Assembly: GCF_006345805.1 (NCBI RefSeq)
Contig: NW_021834559.1
Coordinates: 1 to 46,968 of the forward strand
Direction: 5' to 3'
Length of the DNA stretch: 46,968 bases
DNA from: Octopus sinensis
Taxonomy: Eukaryota
The notes beneath the pieces are model-generated. The model was given only the letters and a program-made list of their open reading frames with translations, was not told the DNA's origin and ran no database searches. Positions 36,047 through 46,679 of this stretch are shown one piece after another. The position numbers and the translations under genes were made by a program. Each line of letters opens with the position of its first letter. The first letter of the stretch is position 1.

Positions 36047-37613
36047 ATCCGCGTCGTTGTTTTTGAGTGAGTTGAAAGTGCGTACGTTCCATGTGAGTAC
36101 TGTTCCATGTGAGTACGTTCCATGTGAGTACAAGTGGGCAATTATGCTGCAGTGACTGGCAAAAGCCTGTCAGCGGAGCTACGGCAGGTCCGTGAAATAG
36201 AAGTTAAAGACAAGAATTTCAAGAAGTATAACGACTTGTTAAAAAAGGTGGGAGACTGTCTCAGGTTGACGCCTCCCAAGGAAGTTATTGAGAAAAGAGC
36301 TATTATCTGCAGAACGTTAAACATAGCAACGAAGAAAGTAGAAATAGCAGCGGTGGAAGCAGTTGAGGAGTGTTTGAGAGAGGTGAAGGACTTTACCTCG
36401 TTCTACACCAGAGGACGGAAATTCGGCACGGTGGAGATGCGCTTTGTAAACGAAAATGAAGCAAAAAAAATACTTCACTGTGGCCTTGAGATCAGCTGAG
36501 TGGGCACTACTATCTACTTACTGTGGCAAACGTGTGGCCAGAGTAAGGATAGGTAGAGTGCTCTCTGAAATTGACGAGGCATGGCTGGTGGCAGCCATCC
36601 TCTAACATACAGAGGAAGCTAACATACGGAGGTAAACTGTTGGGGATATGGGCTAGAGGTAACAGTCCATATAAACCTGCCAGACCTCCATATGATTGAG
36701 GAAGAGCTGGTTTTGCAGGACGAGACTAGATTGAGGATTGTCGTGGAAGGTAGACCTCCAATATCTTTTTTGTGTGGAGTAAGGGGACACATGAAGACCA
36801 AGTGTCCCCAGAAACACGAGGAGGAAATAACAGAAAAAGAAATTCAATAAGAGAGTACAGCCGCCGAGGAAGAGAAAATGGAGGAGCAATTTACGGTGGT
36901 GAAAAGAAAAACAGAACTTGGGATCACCACCAAAAAGCCTCAAGGAGGAAAAAAAGAAAGACAAACGAAGAGGAGAACAAGAAAGAAACGAGAAAAAATG
37001 AAAAACCAAATGAAAAATCAAGTGAAGTGCAAACGCACGAAGCGTCGCCTTCAACTAGCAAGGAAGAAGGAGTACGAAAGAAGGAAAGAAACGAAAGAGA
37101 CAGCGAAGTAGAGACAGAGATATTTATTGCGGACGAAGAGAGTGCTGAAGGATATCAAAGAACGATGCCTGCAGGGCGTAATATATGAAAAAAGCGTCGA
37201 AATTGAAAAGAGGGAAACAAAAATGAAAAATGTTATCAGAGTAAAATTGGCGAACCGTGAAGGTAAGAAGGGCGTGCTTTTGGAGAAAGAAAGAGGGGAG
37301 AGGTTAGTAGAACTATTTGGAAAAAAAAAAGAGTTGAAATATCACCACTTTAGTATTTTTGACGATATAGTGCAGTATTTGTTGTAATTTTGTGTTAGAA
37401 ATAAAGATACAAGACTGTAAAGTAAAACTGTAATGTAAAAAAAAAGTAAAATGAAACTATTTGCTTTGGGGGAGAAGCAAGTCATTTCATCCTCATTTAC
37501 ATCATATTCATAATTCATCCGGTATGCATTTATATGTACCCCAATGTCTTGTTTTGTATGTCCTGGTGGTGTCCCCTCTTTATAAAGGCCATGTGCCTAA
37601 ATAAAAGAAATAG
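36047..37613 (+). mobile_element. ORF1-only L1/Tx1-like non-LTR element (HAL1-like), decayed
   Basis: Frameshifted ORF1 36134-37387: NYAAV start, RIVVEGRPP(C>S)FLCGVRGHMKTKCP knuckle, FTVVKRK; no EN/RT; 3' UTR ending AAATAAAAGAAAT; AGCTGTGTAA direct repeat at 36037-36046 and 37614-37623. Confidence 0.7.
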
Positions 37614-37877
37614 AGCTGTGTAAGGCCGAGAGTTGCGTATTGTCGAGTCTAATTACAAGTATTGTATATTTTGAGTGGAACGATTTACGAGGATGTTATT
37701 TATTATCCCGTCATATCGTACGTTGAATGTGCGATACAACACGTATGCACAAACATGCATACATACATACATACATACATACATACATACATACATACAT
37801 ACATACATACATACATACATACATGCATACATGCATACATACATACATACATATAAATGTATAATCAGTAAATCTTT

Positions 37878-38067
37878 GCCAATCGCGGTTTATTATTTAA
37901 GCTTACGTCGATTCCTCCGTTTTGTTATATTTATAATAAAATAAATATATAGAAATTATAAGAATAATTAAAAAGATATACAGTAAAGCACTGTTTCTAC
38001 TTCGCGGATTTTCACCAATCGCGAGGGATTTTAGAACGTAACGGCCGCGATAGTCGAGAGATTACTG
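37878..38067. mobile_element. Tigger/MER2-like MITE fragment
   Basis: TA|CAGTAAAGCAC...CGCGATAGTCGAGAGATTACTG|TA inverted ends (37981-38067); related CGCGG motifs upstream. Confidence 0.6.
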
Positions 38068-38599
38068 TATATACACATACATATCTATACATCGCCTTTG
38101 TACCGTCCCTAACATTTTGGCCACTTGTGGCTAATAATGGGGATAATATAATAATGATATATTAATAATGTGTTCCTCAATCTCCAAAGACACACGCCAG
38201 CGCCCTCACTTGAAACTAAAATATAAAGACACTTGGACAATTTAATAATCTTAATTGTTGCAACATTTGTTCTATGAGTGGGCGGGACGGTGTTGAAGAA
38301 CTGGAATGGATGAGATGGGGGTGGAGGAATGTGTGTGAGGAATTGGGAAGGTCTGTTAAAATGGCAGCGGCATGGATTGGGAATGGATGGATGGATGAAT
38401 GGAGGGATGCACGGATACAAGAGCGGAACTGGAAGTGAATTGGAAAAGGAGGGGGTACTTGGAGTGTTGGTGGAGGCGGAGAAACGGTGCGGCGTATTGG
38501 AAGGAGCGACTGGATAACAATAATTAATCAGTTTTTAATTTAGTTATTAATGGGGGTGGGGTGGCGGTGTGTTTGTTCCTGCGTGTCTGTGTGTCTGTT

Positions 38600-38924
38600 T
38601 GTAAACATTGTATTCAGCAACAGCAATATCATCGACCTCGTCTTCGTCTTCGTCGTCGTCGTCGTCATCGACATCGTCACCATCATCATTGTTGCGGCTA
38701 CCACCATCCTCATCATTGCCGCCATTATCACCATCAATTTTATCGGCATCGGCAAGGTTGTCCTCCTCTTATTTATCCCCATCATCATCGTCATCATCAT
38801 CGTCGTCGTCGTTGTCGTCATTTTCATCATCATCATCATCATCATCATCATCGTCGTCGTCATCATCGGCATCATCATCAGCATCGACATCATCATTATC
38901 ATCATCATCGTCATCACCATCGTT

Positions 38925-38985
<61 letters not shown>

Positions 38986-39030
38986 CCATCATCATTATAA
39001 TCATCATCACCATCATCATCATCACCATCG

Positions 39031-39063
<33 letters not shown>

Positions 39064-39400
39064 ACAACATCGTCGTCATCATCATCATCATCATCATCAT
39101 CATCAAGAACAACAACGACGAAAACAATATCCCCGTCACCATCATTATCACGCAAGGCATCAATGCCACCATCGCCATCACCATCACCGTCATTATCGTC
39201 AACACCAAAACTATCATTACCATCATCATCATTATCATCATCACCAACACTTACACCATCATCTTCATCAACAGCAGCAACAACAACAACAACAACAACG
39301 CCACACATCACCATCACAAGCACCATCCCCGTTGCCACCACCATCACCTAACTCAGCATCCAGTCATTATCCCTGAAAACCACAAGAGCTAATCCATCAT
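38600..39400. repeat. (CAT/CGT/CAC)n trinucleotide expansion
   Basis: Direct reading; source of poly-H/I/S/D/M ORFs. Confidence 0.95.
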
Positions 39401-39599
39401 AATAACATCATTTTCTAGATTCTTCGCTGTTTTACCTTAATCTCATTATTTTCTCGCGTTATTAAGGACGTTTGGTGAATGGTCGGGAGGAGGAGGAGGA
39501 GGAGGGGGTTGTATGGGTCGGTATTGGTCGGTATTGAGCAGAGGTCAGGAGTCGCTTGATGTTAAGGTGATGTTCCTTTCAGTCAGCTGTATTGTCGAT

Positions 39600-39965
39600 G
39601 CCAAATAACGAAAAAAAAGGGGGAGAAAAGGAAGAAGAAGAAGAAGAAGAAGAGAAGAAGAAGAAGAAGAAGAGGAAGACGAATAAGACGAATAAGAAGG
39701 AGAAGAAGAAGAAGAAGAAGAAGAAGAAGAAGACGAAGAAGACGAAGAAGACGAAGAAGAAGAAGACGAAGAAGAAGACGAAGAGGAGGAGGAGGAGCAG
39801 GAGGAAAATGAAGCGGGAGGGGAGGAGAAGGAGGAGAGGATGGGAAGGAAATGATGGTGGTTGTGGTGGTGGCGGTGGTGGTGGTTTTAATAGTAGTAGT
39901 AGTAGTAGTAGTAGTAGTAATAGTAGTAATAGTAGTATAGTAGTAGTAGTAGTTGTAGTAGTGTG
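39600..39965. repeat. (GAA/GGA/GGT/AGT)n tract
   Basis: Direct reading. Confidence 0.95.
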
Positions 39966-40046
39966 GAAAATAGAAATGCAAACACATTTCGGGGATGTAG
40001 GAACACAATATATATATACGTACTTAACGAATAAGAAGATCCCAAA

Positions 40047-40258
40047 GTCGGCGAGCTGGCAGAAACTTAAGCACGCTGGGCGAAATGCTTAGCAGTATTT
40101 CGTCTGCCGCTACATTCTTAGTTCAAATTCCGTCGAGGTCAACTTTGCCTTTCATCCATTCGGGATCGTTATATTAAGTACCAGTTGCGTACTGGGGTCG
40201 ATCGAATCGACTGCCCCTCCTCCTCAAAAGTTTCGGGCTTTGTGCCTAGGCTAGAAAA
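40047..40258 (+). mobile_element. SINE-M full length (tail A) with 18-bp TSD
   Basis: GAATAAGAAGATCCCAAA at 40029-40046 and 40259-40276. Confidence 0.93.
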
Positions 40259-40319
40259 GAATAAGAAGATCCCAAAAGTTGAATTAAGACAGGCGACACT
40301 GAAACATAGCAAAACCCGC

Positions 40320-40538
40320 ACTCTACTTACTCTTTTATTTGTTTCAGTCATTTGACTGCGGCCATGCTGGAGCACCGCCTTTTTTAGTCGAACAAATCGA
40401 CCCTAGAACTTATTCTATCGGTCTCTTTTGTCGAACCGCGAAGAGACAGGGGACGTAAACACACCAACATCGGCTGTCAAGTGATGATGAAGGGACAAAC
40501 ACAGACACATAAACATACACACACACACACACAAACAT

Positions 40539-40582
<44 letters not shown>

Positions 40583-40740
40583 ATATATATATATACGACG
40601 GGCTTCTTTCAGTTTCCGTCTACCAAATCCGCTCTCAAGGCTTTGGTCAGTCTGAAACTATAGTAAAAGACACTTGGTCAAAGTACCACGCAGTGGGACT
40701 GAACCCGGAACCATATGGTTGGGAAGCAAGCCACATCTAT
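40320..40740 (-). mobile_element. SINE-C near full length
   Basis: Tail, ~95-nt internal microsatellite, core, and GTGGGACTGAACCCGGAACC B-box complement. Confidence 0.9.
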
Positions 40741-40859
40741 GTGTAAGGATGTGTGTTTTTGTGTTTGCGCTTGTTCTTCCACCGCTTCCCAACTAGTTTG
40801 GATTTGTTTTGTTTCTGTAACATCGCAGTTTTCAGCAAAAAAAGCCTGTTTTGGATAAG

Positions 40860-41140
40860 TACCAGAATTCCTCGAAAAATATGTTCTGGAGTCGATGAAT
40901 GCTTTTGAAATATAGAACCTCTTTCATACAATGGCAAAGTTATTAGTATATTGGAAACACAATTTCGTACAGCTAGAGGAATTTGAGAAATTTATTGAAA
41001 GGGTGGCGGACAGAGTGAAACTGGTCCCCCCTATTGAAGCAAAGGAGGAAAAAGAGGACAAAACTATAATTTATAGGACACAGGACACGACTACAAGAAA
41101 GCTATCAAGAATAGCAATAGAAGACATAGTAAAAAGTTAG
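40860..41140 (+). pseudogene. Divergent N-terminal ORF1 fragment related to the 36.1 kb element
   Basis: RVADRVKLVPPIEAKEEKEDKTIIYRTQDTTTRKLSRIAIE aligns by eye with KVGDCLRLTPPKEVIEKRAIICRTLNIATKKVEIAAVE. Confidence 0.55.
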
Positions 41141-41279
41141 TAGGTAGATATTCACCCGCTCTTACACTTATTCAAGCACACTCACACACACAGAATCTCT
41201 CTCCCCTTATTCACTCACTCATCCACGCACTGGCACACTAACTCACTCACTCAGTAGAGAATCTGCAGGTATTCACCAA

Positions 41280-42330
41280 TTCAGATTTCTGAAACCATTA
41301 AAGAAAGACGGCAAGTGTTTAAAATGATCGAACTTGGAATTGTAAATATATTCATCTTTTAAACGCCATATATATTGGTAAAAGGATATATAGTAAGATA
41401 TATTTTCTAAATGACTTTATATATACACACATTGGAGAATATATTTATTAAAGAATATTCAGTGAGCTCCATATATCTGTTTATTTCATTATCGGTTTTT
41501 CGAGCGGGGCCTCAGATCGATAAATTAACCATTTAAAAAGACATACCGCTGAGAAGGCAGATATTCAGATTGTTATAATTTCATAGAGGGAAAAATATTT
41601 ACGTGTTTGTACAGATGTTTTTTTTTATGTTTGCTCAGGCCATTGCAACAACCAAATTTTTGGTGCAACATTAACGTTATTTGTATTGATGTTTTTGTAT
41701 CTGTGGTTTATGGGGAAATGTTTATTTATAAGGTTTATGAAAATTCTAGGAATAGTAAAACAAACATTTAAATATTAAGGAGAGTATCTATATAATCTAA
41801 TCTTTCCATTATTATTTTTGTGTTTATGACTATCATTGTTGTTCTGTTTCCAATGTTTACCATCTTTGAAAACACTGTCTTTTAATATGCAATTGTAATA
41901 AAGGATTCTTCGTAGGAGGTAACTTGGTTATTCGCTTACTGATGTTAGTAACCATTTGGGGAATTGTTCGGGCATGGATGGAATTAATATTAATGTACTG
42001 TGTTCCCTGGTTAGGTTTCCCATAAAGGCCCAAGCCTTTAGTTATATCTAAGAAATTAACTATACTTAGATTCTTATATACGGTAATCTTTAAATATAAC
42101 TCTGAATATTTTGATAGATTCTTTCCGAATATAGTCCATTCTATAATCATTCATACTTCACAAAATAAATAATCCATCATCCCGGTAAATACCGAGCTCA
42201 ACGGAGCGGTATAACTTCGGAAATCACTCCAAAAAAAATAATCCGATTAATTCAAAAACATCACCTTATCGTATGATTCCATCCCTACATCAAACAATAC
42301 TTCACCACTATATTTAATCCAATTACAATT
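41280..42330 (-). pseudogene. Penelope-like element RT plus GIY-YIG-proximal remnant
   Basis: FDVGMESYD, FELIGLF, ELGIYRDDGL (42199-42170), LKITVYKNLSIVNFLDIT, YININSIH, ISKRITKL, NKHFPINH, YIWRLKD (41374-41354). Confidence 0.88.
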
Positions 42331-43029
42331 AGAGACCCAGTCATTAGTTTTGTTTATACTTTAATTATTAATATTCTTAAGCAAGCAAGGAAATATTTTT
42401 TTGGTGTTAAATCTAGTATCCAATTAATGTTTTATGTAGCTAAAACATTATTATTAAGATTGTATATTTTGGGCTTACTTCCAAAAGTTAACTTGACATG
42501 AGGAGCTTAAAAAAAATGAAACATTAAAAGTAAAAGATTTGCATGCGAAACTATGGCTATACAAGTTACTACTGAACGAGACTTCAAAGCGAGGTCTCGT
42601 ATAAATAGTTACAAATATCCTTGCTGAATCGAGATACCGACTGATTTGTGCGACAGAGCGTATAATTCTACATTATCTTGCAGTAAAATTTGCATAAATA
42701 GACAGTTTTACATATAGTTTTCAGTTGTTGTTGTTGTTGTTGTTGTTGTCATCGTTGTCGTTGTTGCTGTTGTTATTAAACTATACTATCGTTTCGCTTC
42801 TGTAATTTCAAATGTTATTCTTTGAATTCAAAATATGTTTGAAATGAATATGATATGTAAATTTACTTTGTTTTTCAATAGTTTTGTCTCTTCTTCACTC
42901 TTCTCTCTTTTCTTTTCTTTTCTTTTCTTTTTTTTTCAAAGAGAAAAGAAGCCATTTCAACATTAGTTATAAAACACCACACACACACACGCCAACATAA
43001 ACACACAAACACACAGATAGACACACACA

Positions 43030-43034
43030 CACAG

Positions 43035-43132
<98 letters not shown>

Positions 43133-43208
43133 ATAGATAGACGTAGGCATCTATATATGTTCATATGTATATATACAGGCACACATCTATTTACGTACAT
43201 AAGTATAT

Positions 43209-43251
<43 letters not shown>

Positions 43252-43312
43252 CATATATATGTATATACATATGTATATATATATATACATATGTATATAC
43301 ATATAACACACA

Positions 43313-43352
<40 letters not shown>

Positions 43353-43389
43353 TATATATAATATATATAATATATATATATATATATAG

Positions 43390-43429
<40 letters not shown>

Positions 43430-43470
43430 CTATATACATACACATGCGCGCATATATAAATGTATGTATA
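43030..43470. repeat. (GATA)n, (CA)n, (TA)n microsatellites
   Basis: Direct reading. Confidence 0.95.
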
Positions 43471-43479
43471 TACATATTC

Positions 43480-43700
43480 TTTTATTATTTTCCTTGTTTC
43501 AGTGATTGGACTGCGGCCATACTGAGACGCCACCTTTATGGACTTGTTGGAAAAAAATGACCCTGGGACTATTTATTTCTCGGTTTGTTACTTATTCTGT
43601 CAGTACTCTTTGTCGAACTGCTAGATTATGGAGCCGTCACCAAAAACTAACACTAGTTGCTAGATAGTGTGGGGACAAACACAACGGCACGCACAGAGAT
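43480..43700 (-). mobile_element. SINE-C 3' half, degenerate
   Basis: CTTGTTTCAGTGATTGGACTGCGGCCAT...GGGGACAAACAC. Confidence 0.75.
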
Positions 43701-43726
43701 ACACACACACACGCACACACACACAC

Positions 43727-43783
<57 letters not shown>

Positions 43784-43860
43784 GGAATTATTAAACTTAC
43801 AGGGGAAAATTCAATTTAGAAATACTAAATCAAATTTTACCAAATATAATATATATATAT

Positions 43861-44003
43861 TAGAAAAACAACCACCTTTTATCAATTCAATAATGAAAAA
43901 TTTAATTATACCATTTACAATAATTTCTATAAGGTGAAATTTTTCTAAATGATATAATTTAATGTTTCATTATTGAATTAATAAAAGGTTGTTTTTTTTC
44001 TAA
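43861..44003. repeat. Inverted repeat, ~57-nt arms, TA-flanked
   Basis: TAGAAAAACAACCACCTTTTATCAATTCAATAATGAAA...ATTATACCATTTA vs TAAATGATATAAT...TTTCATTATTGAATTAATAAAAGGTTGTTTTTTTTCTA. Confidence 0.8.
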
Positions 44004-44175
44004 TTTATATATATATATATATATGTATGTATGGATATATGTATGTATGTATATATCGAGATAGAAAGCAGAGAGATCTAATGGATACAAATTAATTTAT
44101 CAATTAATCAACATATTCACCAACAATTGTTTCATTTCTCAAATAAGATTAAAATTGCAAAACATATATATACGC

Positions 44176-44407
44176 ATAATTTTGCATTTTAAATACCTTA
44201 TAAGGAAAACCATGAGGGTGTTCAGAGGACAATAAGGATTACATTAGGATATTTTAGGAATGTATAGAATATAAAAACAAAAAACATGTTTATTATGCAA
44301 GCATGTTTTTATATTCTGTATATTAAGAAAGTATCCGAATGTAATAGTTATTGTCCTCTGAACACCCTCATGATTTTCCTTATAAGGTATTTAAAATGCA
44401 AAATTAT
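44176..44407. repeat. Fold-back with 104-nt arms
   Basis: First 60 nt of the arms have 1 mismatch; about 10 mismatches over 104 nt; short loop. Confidence 0.92.
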
Positions 44408-44409
44408 AT

Positions 44410-44627
44410 ACTCTTTTACTCTTTCACTTGTTTCAGTAATTTGACTGTGGCCATGCTGGAGCACCGCCTTTAGTCGCCAAATCGACCCCAGCACTTATTC
44501 TTTGTAAGCCTAGTGCTTATTCTATCGGCCGAACCGCTAAGTTATGGGGACGTAAACACACCAGCATCAGTTGTCAAGCGATGTTGGGGGACAAACACAG
44601 ACGCACAACATATACGCACATATACAG

Positions 44628-44683
<56 letters not shown>

Positions 44684-44773
44684 CATATAATAACATATAT
44701 ATATACATAACATATATATATATATATATATACATATATATTATACATATATATATACATATATATATTACAT

Positions 44774-44849
<76 letters not shown>

Positions 44850-45006
44850 GACGGGCATCTTTCAGTTTCCGTCTACCAAATCCACTCTCAAGGCTTTGGT
44901 CGGCCCGGGGCTATAGTAGAAGACACTTGCCCAAAGTGTAACACAGTGGGAATGGACCCGGAACTATGTGGTTCGTAAGCAAGCTGCTTACCACACAGCC
45001 ACTCCT
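44410..45006 (-). mobile_element. SINE-C full length with ~250-nt internal microsatellite
   Basis: Tail, core and head all match the 31801 copy. Confidence 0.92.
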
Positions 45007-45258
45007 ATTTATATATATTTATATATGTTTTGTAATTTTAATCTTATTTGTGAAATGAAACAATTGTTGGTAAATATGTTGATTAAATAATTTGTATTCA
45101 TTGGATTTCTCTGTTTTCTAACTCAATAAAAATGTTTGGTATCTTACGATATTCCATATAATATATTCATTGAAGAATTATTTCTTCAAAATTTAATATA
45201 TTAAACCAGTGTATCTGTGATAAATGTTAGAATGTTCTCAATGTGACTACATCTATAT

Positions 45259-45440
45259 ATAGGGACAATTCACAAAAAAAAACAAAAGACGAATACATGT
45301 GTGTAGAAAACAAACAGCTGTATTAGTAAAACGCTTGGGAATTGAAAAAGTCTTTGACGTTTCGAGCCTACGCTCTTCCACAGAAAGGAACACAGAAAAA
45401 AAACAACGAGATAAAAAATGTGTAGTGGCTAGCGATCTCT
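45259..45440 (-). mobile_element. TA-flanked Penelope pLTR-like element, copy 2
   Basis: Collinear with 15988-16225. Confidence 0.65.
45352..45387 (-). ncRNA. Minimal type I hammerhead-ribozyme-like motif (variant core), intact stems
   Basis: CTTT-CTGTGGAA-GAG-CGTAGG-CTC-GAAACGTC-AAAG: 4-bp stem I, 3-bp stem II, palindromic ACGT stem III, GUC triplet. Confidence 0.6.
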
Positions 45441-45445
45441 CTCTC

Positions 45446-45484
<39 letters not shown>

Positions 45485-45494
45485 TGTGTGTGTA

Positions 45495-45646
45495 TACGAC
45501 AGGCTTCTTTGAGTTGAGTTTCCGTCTACTAAATCCACTCACAAGGCTTTGGTTGGCCCGAGGCGATAGTAGAAGACACTTGTCCAAGGTGTCATGCAGT
45601 GGCACTGAAACGAGAGACATGTGGTTGAGATGCAAACGTCTTACCA

Positions 45647-45650
<4 letters not shown>
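45495..45650 (-). mobile_element. SINE-C 5' half
   Basis: TACGACAGGCTTCTTT...GTTTCCGTCTACTAAATCCACTCACAAGG...GACACTTGTCCAAGG. Confidence 0.8.
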
Positions 45651-45678
<28 letters not shown>

Positions 45679-45684
45679 CACAAC

Positions 45685-45715
<31 letters not shown>

Positions 45716-46679
45716 AATATGTAGGTGTATGTGTATGTATGTGTCTGTGTACACAAACACACAACACATATATATATACTGCATTTGCCGGAGTATAGGA
45801 CTCACTTTCACATAAGACAAACCACTCTTTTACAAGTATATTCTGTGGAAAGAAAACCAATATATAATGTTTCGTCATACACTCGTTGAAAGATATTTTT
45901 AAATGGTTTTAGTGAAGGAAATGCATGGTTCTGTGCGTATAAATACAATACTGTGACAGTGCTCTGAATAAAATATGAAACCATAAATTTATCATATGTA
46001 AACTACGTTATATGCGAACCATATCTGATCATATTGTTCTTTCACATCAAATGTGTAGTTGTTTATATGTTGATCAAGAGAATTTATATGCGGGACGTAA
46101 AACTCGTATTTTTCTCTGTGATGTTTTGTGTTTAATGCGATCAGCCACCATGATGGCGCAATGCCGCTAGGGTTTTGTTGCCATTCGCTCATTGCAAATA
46201 GCTGCCAGGCGGAGAAAAACGTTTAAAGTTCCTTTCATCTTTCTATGAGAATGTTTCATTTAGATATTTTTGTTTTTTTTTTAAAAACTGTTTCTGAAAG
46301 GTAACACAGTAATTAAATAATATAAGACACGTATGAAGTGTGAGTTATATATACTGTAGAAAAATTATAACGTGATGATATGACCTGTCCTCGTAATGGC
46401 CGACATACCATGAGCAATATTTCGCAAGTCTGTGCTAGGTGACTGCGATATTTCGGCTTGTTTTCAGTATTTTATCATGACTAACAATTATTTTACTAAC
46501 AGTAACAAGAGGACTCATGCTTCTTCAGCTCCGTATGACACTCGGTCTCCTATCAATAATACCGTTGAATTACCGCTGCCTGAAGCGCAGAGCAATTTGT
46601 TAATACTTTTAAAAATAAGATAAACGTATCTAACCGCCGGTAAATATGGCGTGTGTGTGTGTGTATTTCGTCTAACAAA

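Larger units (their letters stand above)
44058..45124. repeat. Outer inverted repeat pair (44058-44170 / 45021-45124)
   Basis: ATCAACATATTCACCAACAATTGTTTCATTTCTCAAATAAGATTAAAATTGCAAAACATAT vs ATATGTTTTGTAATTTTAATCTTATTTGTGAAATGAAACAATTGTTGGTAAATATGTTGAT. Confidence 0.85.

Noticed and set aside
38550-39392. Long poly-I/poly-H/poly-S/poly-D ORFs (up to 280 aa)
   Set aside because: All frames are read-throughs of one (CAT)n expansion
45992-46192. Minus ORF MSEWQQNPSG...
   Set aside because: Short, no domain or splice evidence
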